Shown piece after piece: positions 24,818 through 36,600 of a DNA stretch of 64,000 bases. Below the pieces are notes generated by a model. The model did not search any database and was not told the origin of the DNA. It saw nothing but the letters and a program-made list of their open reading frames with translations. The stretch's first letter is position 1; each line of letters starts with the position of its first letter. The translations under genes were made by a program, and so were the position numbers. Source of the stretch: Macrostomum lignano (taxonomy: Eukaryota); the NCBI GenBank assembly GCA_002269645.1, contig NIVC01001628.1:88499-152498 (forward strand), in the 5' to 3' direction.

Positions 24818-25596
24818 TAGGGATGTTGACCCCGGGAGTGCTCCCCGGGGAGCTTGTCGGGGAATACTCTCCGGGGAATTTAACCGGGGACCCTGGGGAG
24901 AAAAAATATGAAAAAATGCATTTGTAACTTAATTTTTGCCATTAAAATAAGAAACTGATTCACAGAAAGCTGATTGAAACTCTGTCTATGCTCTTTTACC
25001 GCATAATTGCTTATTTCAATGCATTACATGTATTTGAAACACAACACACGTTTGATTGTTTTTTCACTAATAAGTCATTCAATCAAGCAAATTGCACGTA
25101 GAAAAGAAACCCGTCAGGAAAAAGAAGCCTTACTGACTAGTGACTGCTGTGTTGGTCTGCGTTGACGGCTTGACGCAGGCGCAGCGCTGCGTCATGCGTC
25201 AGGCACTGACGCATAGGGGGGTGTCATACATATACTCCCTATTAGACAAGGACAAAATGGTGATTTACATATATATGCAAGAAATAAAATTCCGATTATA
25301 AAAACAGTCTCATTCATTAATTATCCTCTCACGAGCGTAGCTGTTTAGCATGCATTCCAACAAATGCACTTTTCCGATAAAGGTGCGCGCACGATTTCGT
25401 GATGCCACATTGTCAAATACAGTTTAAAAAAACATTGTTTAAAATTTTTACCCCTGCGCCTTGAACATGTAGTACAAAGCTTAAATCAAAGTTTAAAAAA
25501 TTCCACTTACAATCTAAGTGATCCGCCGTTTTTACTTATTTTTTCTTTTCACCGGGGTCCCCGATAAGATAATTCCCTGGGGAATCGACATCCCTA
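24818..25596. mobile_element. hAT-like MITE, 779 bp
   Basis: Termini TAGGGATGT...ACATCCCTA with CCCCGGGG-rich subterminal repeats. Flanks TTTCCCTTC / ATTCCCTTC are consistent with an ~8-bp TSD. Confidence 0.65.
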
Positions 25597-26317
25597 ATTC
25601 CCTTCCTATAAATCATTTGACGTTAGAGACATTTTACAACTCTCGCCCTACTTTATCTATTAGGCTAACTTTATGTATGACACGACGCAAAATATTAGGA
25701 GCATCAGCGTTAATAATGCCTTGAAAGTCTTTAAATAATCGATACAACACTAGGTATTATAAAATTCCAACCCCAAAGCTCACTGGGGCGAAAAGACTTT
25801 GTCTTCATTAACTAGTTATGGAGACAAAAAGTTATACTTCACAAATTGGTTCTGGTTCTGGAACCAGAGCAAGCAATATGAAAAGGCCCTTTATTATATT
25901 TTTATTATAAGTATAACTTTTCTACTTGGTTTACCAAAATATGTGAACACAAATGTGTAAAAGAATAATAAATTTTAAATTTGTTGACTTGACAGCATTA
26001 CCAAGTAGCTATTATCAATTTATAAATATTTATTTTCTTGTTTTGTTATTTTCAACACTTGTAACTTATGAGCTCAAAATACATGTATGCAAATATAAAT
26101 TCACGATCACACCCGACTTTGAAAATTTCACAAAATTTCACGCCTAACCAAAATTTTCTGCTTGTCCAACCTCTAAACAATAGTAAATAGAGACAAGTGA
26201 AGGTAAATAGAAGAAAGTTGCAACGATAATAAAAGTGTTTTATCTAAGTCTAGGTACTCTTTAAAGCCATTATTATAGGCAGGTATAATTCCATTTCAAT
26301 GTATATTAGTTCCTATA

Positions 26318-27011
26318 TCTCTAACTATAAAAATCAAAACTCTGTCTGTGTGTCTGTCTGTCTGTCTGTCTGTGTGTCTGTGGACAATTTTGATCGCTAT
26401 GGACTCCCAAACCACTCAACCAAATTACACCAAACTTTACACCCACCCTAAACTCACTACGGAGAATGTCTTAGGCTACCTTTTAATTTCCTAGACTCAA
26501 GTCTTCCTACCTAAAAGTACAAAAAACTGCTCAAAATGCGCGATTTTTTCACTTAATCCTCCATAGCGCCGCTCCACTTCTACCGATTCTCTTCAAATTT
26601 GACACAGGCAATTTTCAACTATTTTGACACAATCGTGTAAAATTTCGAGTCTCAAAGTTAATCCTGAGCGGTGCTGTGCACTTTTAAAGTTAGGCTGTTT
26701 TTTTCAGCGTAGCAACCACCCCAACCTCCGCCCGCCTGCCTCTCTTTCCCGATCTGGGCCCAGATGTGTAAAAGGGTTTCAAAATTGACTAACTTTCAGC
26801 TGCCATAAGTTTGCTCCACGTAAAGCGATTGACTTCAAACTTGACACAATTCTTCATTGACCCATTCTCTATCTAAATGTAAAGTTTCAACTCTGTAACT
26901 CAACCAAAAAAGAAACTGTAAGCATGTGAAGTTTGTCTGCTTTTTCTGTTGTTTGTGCCACTCACTCACTCATTCCCCAGAGCCAGACGAAGGGTCAGGC
27001 GATAGGACTGA
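26318..27011 (+). mobile_element. Non-autonomous Helitron-like element, about 0.7 kb
   Basis: 5' A|TC..CTATAAAAATC followed by a (TCTG)n microsatellite, an organisation parallel to the 5' end of the 6368-10127 Helitron. 3' imperfect hairpin GCCAGAC-GAAG-GGTCAGGC then CTGA (CTRR), but the next base is A rather than T. Confidence 0.55.
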
Positions 27012-27529
27012 ATGTACATGTACATAGCAAATGTACAGTGTTTTGGAATAACTTTTTAATAGCCTTCTCTGTACCCCGCGCGTGGAGAGGCTACGTTTAG
27101 CCATGACAGTTTAGTGAGAAATTCTAACCACTGTCGTCTGTATTGGAAAACTCTGCAGCAGTTTAACAGTGGATGGCAAATCGAGGGAATCCAGCATGGT
27201 TTGTAAAAGCGAAAGATTTATGAAAAGGTGATGCGATGCAATGCAATACAACCCTACTAAATTAGTCACACCATGGAAATTTTAGGTTTCTTTTAAAGGT
27301 ACTTTAAAATTTAAATGGCCTCCTAAGAAATGCGCATTTCCTTTGTTGTTAGACTGATGCAGACTGCAGTGGAGCTAAAGATACACAAATTATTTTCAGG
27401 GCTTGCAAATTGGCAAGAAAGATGACGTGATCAAAGCATGAGAACAACCATGAGAGTACTACGTCCCACAAACTGGCTTTCCAAGCAGGGATGGGCAGAC
27501 TTTTACCTCAAAGGCCAGATAAAGAATCC

Positions 27530-28650
<1,121 letters not shown>

Positions 28651-29379
28651 AATTTTAAAGGATCCAAGGGAAGTAGGGAGAGTCAGGGAGAGACCAGAGT
28701 TTAGCAATATATGTTTTAGAGTCAGACAGACATTGCCTGACATTCTGCGCAGTACCCCAGCCAACAATGTCTCAAACCTTAATTTTACACGAATGTGCTC
28801 CATTTTATGTCTACCTCTATCCTACTAACTATTAACAAGTTTTTGTTTGTGTATGGCCTTAGATTTCAGAATACATGCAAAAGTAGTTCCGGGTATTGGA
28901 ATTCCCCGGGTTCAAAATCCGCGGGTTTCAACAGCTTGTACACATATATATATACACAATTATACACAAAAATATGACACTTTTTAATTTCAAAGCAATT
29001 ACAAATTTTAATAAGAACATTGGTATTATATTTTATATAGTCATTTTTATATAAAAACAAAATAATTGCATACTTGAGTATAATAATTGCTAAGTTAACA
29101 ATATTTTCTATAATAACCAACTATTAGATACTATAATAACTATAATACTATAATATCAAGAAAAGTGGCAACACTTGCATTTGGCTTTCTACGAGTATAT
29201 GCAGACCCACTAAATCAGTTATCTTCATTCTAGTTTACCAAATTTGGGCTACCTGAGACTTGAAATTATTTAGAAAGAAAAATCAATTTAGGACTTACTT
29301 AAGGAAAACTCCTAAAGTCAAATCTAGTATATGTGCATAGTGAGCAAGAGACCTCAGCTTGCTCAGACACTTCAGCCCT

Positions 29380-29535
29380 AAGCCAGACCAATTAGTTAAT
29401 AAGTTAGGCTTTCCTCTTGCCTGCTTGTGTCTGACTTTGACCTCTCTCCTTACTGCTCTCTCATTGGCTGAGCTAGATTAGGCCCTCCTAGGCTGAGTTT
29501 TGTCCATCTTAGACTTCTCTCCTATTGGCTGTGGC
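29380..29535 (+). promoter_or_regulatory. Possible CCAAT-box promoter of the ZDHHC gene
   Basis: CCAAT/ATTGG at about 29387, 29464 and 29524. Possible 5' UTR intron GTGAAT (29574) to TTGTCAG (29709) just before ATG 29717. Confidence 0.3.
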
Positions 29536-29716
29536 ATTGCGCAGACAAACTACTGAAGGAATTGCAGTCACAAGTGAATAGAATGGCTTATATTTTGACT
29601 TTTGATTACTTAATTTTTGATAAAGTACTTCTTGGTTTTCAACGTTTGTGTCAATTCGGCACCCTCAAAATACTTAGATGATTAGGTACCCATTGATTTG
29701 CCTTGTCAGCTGCTCG

Positions 29717-32700
29717 ATGCTGCAGTCAGCGGACAGACCGGCGGCCGACGGCAGCGCCACGGCGATTGTTCCGCTGCCCGATGAGCTGCCGCTTGAGCTG
29801 CAGAGTCAGTCGGGTGAGCCGCAGATCGTGGTCAAGATGGCCTCTGGCAGGTCCGGCGTCGCCCATCTGCAGCAGCCGCCGCGCACTGCCCGCCTGTGCT
29901 GGCAGCCCTGCAGCAGGCTGTGCGGCATCCAGCAGTTCTGGTTCGTTCAAGACGCCTGCGGCATAACCTGCGCCGCCTTCACCTGGCTGCTGCTGCTGTT
30001 CGCGGAGGCCGTACTGCTGTTCGTTGTGCTCATCCCCGCGCCATCTCTGGCCTTCAAGATTGTCGGCGCCATCGTGTACCACTGCCTGGCCTTCATGGCC
30101 GGCTGCTCGCATGTCCGAGCTGTGCTCACCGACCCTGTGAGACTCCTCATCCTTGCTGTAGTCTTCTGGCCATGAGTGTGAGATCTCAAAATCTACTCCA
30201 GTTTGAGTTTGAGATCTCACAGTCTACTCCAGTTTGAGTGTGATATCTCACAGTCTACTCCAGTTTGAGTGTGATATCTCACAGTCTACTCCAGTTTGAG
30301 TGTGATATCTCACAGTCTACTCCAGTTTGAGTGTGAGATCTCAAAATCTACTCCAGTTTGAGTGTGATATCTCACAGTCTACTTCACTTTGAGTGTGAGA
30401 TCTCAAAATCTACTCCAGTTTGAGTGTGATATCTCACAGTCTACTCCAGTTTGAGTGTGATATCTCACAGTCTACTCCAGTTTGAGTGTGATATCTCACA
30501 GTCTACTCCAGTTTGAGTGTGAGATCTCACAATCTACTCCAGTTTGAGTGTGATATCTCACAATCTTCTCCAGTTTGAGTGTCAGATCTCACAATCTACT
30601 CCAGTTTGAGTGTGATATCTCACAATCTTCTCCAGTTTGAGTGTCAGATCTCACAATCTACTCCAGTTTGAGTGTGAGATCTCACGATCTTCTCCAGTTT
30701 GAGTGTCAGATCTCACAGTCTACTCCAGTTTGAGTGTGAGATATCAATTCCCTCCCAGCAACCGGAGCCCCGCCCTGCACCCAACCCGCATGCCCAGGGC
30801 ACGGTGCCCCTCAACAACGACACTAAAGAGAATCTGCTGCGTCTGGCACCGGCAGCGGGCGACGGCCAGCAGGAGCGGGTGGTGTACCGGTGCCCCCGCT
30901 GCAGCTGCATCAAGCCGGAGCGCGCCCACCACTGCAGCATCTGCCGGCGCTGCGTCCGCCGCATGGACCACCACTGCCCTTGGGTGAACAACTGCGTTGG
31001 CGAGGGCAATCAGAAATTCTTCATTCTATTCACCGTGAGTCAGCATGCAATATATCATCTCACGGATGTCTGGTAGCAGCTGGACAGGAAAATTAGCTCC
31101 CACGTTACCTATTACAATAGTAGCTTCAGTCAAGGACTACGTAGATAACATATGGACTGAAAACTCGGTTTTCATCAAATTTTCGTTTCAATCAAGGACT
31201 CCTGTAGAGTGATATCGGGACTAGAGTAAATTAAAGCCACTTTTAGTATTTTGGATGAACCATAGACCTGGAAACTATCCATGGACTCTTGCATGTATCA
31301 GACATCTGGACTGGAAGAAATTTTGTTGCTTTCAATTTTCCAGGGCTACATCGCGTTGACCAGCTTCTTTGCAATCTACCTGTGCATTCACGAGTTCATC
31401 ATTTGCATTGGCACCGAGTGGCAGGGTGAATAGATGCATATAGTGCTACTGACAGTAGCTCAGACACCCGACCTAATTAATGAGCTTTCCCATCCGCAGC
31501 CTGCCAGAACGGGCCGCAGCCCCCTGTGAGCACCCTGCTGCTGTTTGCTCTGGTCATCACCGGCCTCGTGTTCGGGCTGTTCACTGTGGTCATGGCCTGC
31601 TCACAGCTCGTGTCCATTGTGTCCGACACTACGGTGAGGCGTTGGGGCTGGGAACCTGACCCCTTGAAACCGAGACAGTGACAAGAATCGCTAAACAGTC
31701 ATTGCAAACAGCTCTAGGGACTCTAGAAACTGTGGGGCGACTGTTGAGTCACCAGCGTCACGTGAGTTGCAGAATCGTAAAAGAGTGGCGAAAAAGTCTT
31801 CCAAGAATCCTTGTGTTGGCGCTCAACTGTCGTCGTCGTTTGAGTCGTCTAGAGTCACTTCTTTCATATTTTACCTGTGTTACCTGCAATGACTCTGAGA
31901 CGCTTCTTGCCCTGGGTACCGTTTTCACCGGGTGAGGGTGGGGACACAGTGAGAACCGCTGTAGGACCAGCAGCTGCAGACAGTGAGGACCCGCTGTAGG
32001 ACCAGCAGCTGCAGACAGTGAGGAACCGCTGTAGGACCAGCAGCTGCAGACAGTGAAGAACCGCTGTAGGACCAGCAGCTGCAGACAGTGAGGAACCGCT
32101 GTAGGACCAGCAGCTGCAGACAGTGAGGAACCGCTGTAGGACCAGCAACTGCAGACAGTGAGGAACCGCTGTAGGACCAGCAGCTGCAGACAGTGAGGAA
32201 CCGCTGTAGGACCAGCAGCTGCAGACAGTGAGGAACCGCTGTAGGACCAGCAGCTGCAGACACTGAGGACCCGCTGTAGGACCAGCAGTTGCAGACACTG
32301 AGGACCCGCTGTAGGACCAGCAGTTGCAGACAGTGAGGACCCGCTGTAGGACCAGCAACTGCAGACAGTGAGGACCCGCTGTAGGACCAGCAGTTGCAGA
32401 CAGTGAGGACCCGCTGTAGGACCAGCAGTTGCAGACAGTGAGGACCCGCTGTAGGACCAGCAGTTGCAGACAGTGAGGACCCGCTGTAGGACCAGCAGCT
32501 GCAGACAGTGAGGACCCGCTGTAGGACCAGCAGTTGCAGACAGTGAGGACCCGCTGTAGGACCAGCAGCTGCAGACAGTGAGGACCCGCTGTAGGACCAG
32601 CAGTTGCAGACAGTGAGGACCCGCTGTAGGACCAGCAGTTGCAGACAGTGAGGACCCGCTGTAGGACCAGCAGTTGCAGACAGTGAGGACCCGCTGTAGG

Positions 32701-33121
32701 ACCAGCTGTTGCAGACAGTGAGGACCCGCTGTAGGACCAGCTGTTGCAGACAGTGAGGACCGCTGTAGGACCAGCAGCTGCAGACCCGCTGGATGACCAG
32801 CAGACACTCATCTCCGGCCCCATCAGCTTAGTTATATATTGTGCAGGGGGTTCTTCAGGAGTCCCAAACTAATGCGGAATCGAACCACCCACCACCGCAC
32901 CGCAGGGCATCGAGCGGATCAAAGGCGAGCGCCGAGGCGACGCAGAGGCTGGCGGAGGCGGCGGGTCGCGGCTGTCGGGACTGCAGCGGGTGTTCGGCAG
33001 CCCGCCGTCCTGGCGCTGGTTGAGTCCCTTCCACTCGCCTAAGCCCCCAGCCGAGCAGCAGCAGCAGCAGCTGACCTCCCAGCCGGCCGCGGTGAACAGT
33101 TTTGACAATGACAATGTCTGA
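29717..33121 (+). CDS. ZDHHC3: DHHC palmitoyltransferase, ZDHHC3/ZDHHC7 (GODZ) type, 5 exons
   Basis: join(29717..30136,30798..31034,31344..31425,31500..31633,32906..33121). Motifs [73 protein letters not shown], the TTxE motif DTTGIE and [14 protein letters not shown]. All introns are GT-AG in phase. Confidence 0.95.
30174..30745. repeat. 31-bp intronic minisatellite, about 18 copies (GATATCTCACAGTCTACTCCAGTTTGAGTGT)
   Basis: Fills ZDHHC intron 1. Confidence 0.97.
31947..32785. repeat. 35-bp intronic minisatellite, about 24 copies (CAGTGAGGACCCGCTGTAGGACCAGCAGTTGCAGA)
   Basis: In ZDHHC intron 4; the source of the spurious long minus-strand ORFs. Confidence 0.98.
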
Positions 33122-33665
33122 GCAGTCACAATATTTTGTTTGATGATCGATATTTTTGCCCCGCTGCCAAATCGATAGTTTATTATTCATAATAATAATA
33201 CATAATAAATAGTAATGTAGTTGTCTTGTTAAATTTGTGTATTTATTTGTGAACAGTTTTTCATATATGATATTGTTATTGCATGTATTAATCTCCTGTT
33301 CTCAGCGCCGTATTATATATTTATTATTTATTATTTACCTGTGTTCCTCGGACCAGAAAATCGTTAAAACAAAACGCAAAAATCGTGTCAATAAACAGAG
33401 ATTTACGCTTTCAAAATTTTGTCAATAACAATGAAAAATATTCAATTTTATAGCTTTTGAACTGGCTAGCAGATTAGATATTTACCCGACTGTAAAATTC
33501 GAGTTCCTTTATTTTTGGGAATCAGTTTGCAATGCATGAATTTGGGAATTAAAAATCAATTTAAATCAATTAAATCTGGCGTCTTAATTTACTGACTACT
33601 TGAATCGGCGCCCGGTCAGTAGTGCATATCGAGTATGTACATCTTTATTTATTATCTTGCCGCGC

Positions 33666-36600
33666 CTACGTGCTGAAGCTGGGATTCTCCAGGCCGGTGT
33701 CCAGCTGGATCTGCACCCGCGGGGCGCTGCTGCTCTCCAGGTTCACCGCGTCTGTGGACTTCGACCAGTTGGCGTTGGTGAAGCCGCTCTCGGCGCCGTC
33801 TACGGACTTCGGCCCGGTACGCCTCCGGTAGATGATCACCGCCGCCACCACGCCTGCGAGCAGCAGGAGGAAGGCCAGCACCGCAATGGCCACCAGCACG
33901 TCGTTCCTCAGGTCTGGCGAGTGGGTGGCAGTGACGTTTTGAATTCAATTCAATGGGCACAGTGGGGTAGAAATGGATAGGAAGAGTGGAGTAGGAATGG
34001 ATAGGCAGAGTGGGGTAGAAATGGATAGGCAGAGTGGGGTAGGAATGGATTGGCACAGTGGGGTAGGAATGGATAGGCAGAGTGGGATAGGAATGGATTG
34101 GCGCAGTGGGATAGGAATGAATAAGCAGAGTGGGATAGGAATGGATTGGCACAGTGGGGTAGGAATGGATAGGCAGAGTGGGGTAGGAATGGATAGGCAG
34201 AGTGGGGTAGGAATGGATAAGGAAGGCGGCGCAGAGGGATGGAGACGGCAACTATCAAGAAGAAGCCTGCGCTTCACAAACCAGCAATGATGCGACCGCT
34301 TTCGACTCCTGGCTTCGTGGTGGACGCCGGCGCCGTGGTGCGGGTGGAGGTGGTGCTCCGAGTTGGCTGCGCCGTGTGCGGCGGCGCCCGAGTCGTGGTG
34401 GTGGAGATCCCGTGCGGGGGAGTCGTGGTGGAGCCCACGGTGGCGGGCAGCTTGGGCATCTTGCAGATGTAGGAGTTCCTCTTGTTGCAATAGTGATCAT
34501 TCCACTTCAGGTTTAGGTGGTACATCTCCACACAGTTCTCGTTGGGCGTGTTGGACGGCTCGCCGCCGTTCCAGTACGTGTAGCCCACCGGGCTGTTGTC
34601 CGTCCACTCGAAGCTGCTGTCCCGGCCGCGCAGCAGGCCGATCCAGTAGTCCCTGCGGGTACTTTCATCCTGAGCCTTGCTGCGCACGAGCCTGGCAACG
34701 AAGTCCTGCTCGCCCTGGCTCAGGATGCTCACCAGGCTGCTGCGGTACCGCTTGCTGCACTCGTACATCGCCTCGGAGGCCTGCTTGGACTCGGTGCTGT
34801 TGCCCACGTAGTAGCAGCTGCTGCCGAATGGCGAGAACTCGTCCGGGCACACGCCCGGCAGCTGGGGCACCGTGGTCGGCACCGGGCCGAGGCTCTGCCT
34901 GCAGACAAAGTTCAGCCTGTCATCGCAGTCGCCGGCGAACCAGCTGCCCGTGTAGTCCATGAACACGCAGCTCTTCTTGCCGCCGCCGTCCGGCTGGCCG
35001 CGGCCCCAGTTCGCGAACGTCAGCGGCCACTTGTCGCTCCAGACGAACTGGCCGCTGCCCAGCTCGTCGGCCAGGCCGATCCAAGTCGACTCCCGGCCGA
35101 TCGACTCGGTTTTGAAGTGCACAAAGTTCTGCTCCCACAGGTCGTGGATTGAGGCCAGCTGGCCGCCCATGGAGCTGCAGGTGGCCACGGCGCCGGTCCA
35201 GGTGGCCGGGGTGGTGACGAACTGGAAGCAGGCTTGCTCGTAGGCGTGCCAGCCGGGCCTGCAGGCGACCATGGTCGGCGGCACCCAGTCGGTGACGAGC
35301 TCCGGGTGCTTGTAGGTCATGCAGACGTAGCCGGTCTTCTTGGTGCACCGCTGGTCGTTCCACTTGCCTGCTCGGTACTTTTCCGTGTACATCTCCACGC
35401 ATTGCTCCTGCACATGGTTTTAGGCAGAGTTAAGCAAAGCTGGTCGCGGTTAGTTACCCCTAAAACAACCTATTTAGGTTGAGCTATAAGTTCACCACGC
35501 TGGGCTTCGGTAGAAATGCAGGGTGGGAACTGCGACCCCGACAGTCTCAACGTGTCTCAAATAATTGCTAAAGTACAATTAGAACTTGTATTGACAGAAG
35601 GGGTTGCAGCCTAATGGTTAGAGCAGGGGGTTGGCAAACCCGGGACCGCGGGCCGGCCTCGGGATCCATGAAGCTTCACAATAGCAATCTGGCCCGCTCA
35701 AGGTTTGTCTCTTCTTAGCTCTCCTCTTTCATCTTCCCTCTCACCTCTCTCCCCACGCCTCCCCTTCTCTTATCTCTCATCTCCACTCTCCTCTCTTATC
35801 TCCCTCTCTCTCCACTATTCTTCCCTTTTCTCCTTTATTCCCTCTCTCCTCTCCTCTCCTCGCTCTGACCCGCAGTCATGCGCTCGCTTCTCTATCTGGC
35901 CCTTACGTTAAAAAAGTTTGCCGACCCCTGGGTCAGAGCGTCGGACTGAAAATTCGGGGGTTCGATTCTCGATCCACTAGGAACAACTTGTGTCCTTGAG
36001 CAAGACACCTAACTCTGCATTGCTTCAGTTCACCCAGCTGTAAAATGGGTGCCAGCATTTGCTGGGGTAATTGAGGCTGTGTGTGGCGACCCCCCTCAGT
36101 CCTTGGAGCTGTCGATTGCAAGATCTTAGTTTAACTAAATATTGTTATTATTGAAAGACTAGCGAGGCGCACCCAAACGCTGCTGGGCTCCGCGTGATCC
36201 CAGTTGGTGTAGGAAACCTCGGAGTTGTCGTGCCAGAGGTACAGGTTCTGGAAGCTCCTGGTGTACAGTCCGATCCACAGCGCCTGGTCGGTCTTGGTTT
36301 TCATTGCAGCCAGGGCAGCTGCGGGTTGGGAAAGTTTGGCAGGAGTTGCTCACAGACCTCACAGACCTGAGTGTGGCTTGAAGCCGTCTGCAAATGAGTC
36401 TCACCCTGCTCATACTCGCTGGAGATGGACGCCAGGTAGCTTCTCGTTCCCGTGTCCACCTTCTCGCACTTCTCTCGGGCCTCAGCCCAGGTGGACGCGT
36501 CGTCCTCGTAGAAGCGGAAGCACTTGTTGCCGACGGTGTAGAAGCCCTTGGGACACCGGCCCGGCATGGGGGTCGCCGGCGGCAGCGTCCTGCTGGTGTC

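Noticed and set aside
31758-32823. Long ORFs of 349 and 319 aa on the minus strand
   Set aside because: They are translations of the stop-free 35-bp intronic repeat. The same holds for 40985-41779, 44504-45204, 45161-45916 (the YQTPF part), 9982-10517 and 6478-8000.
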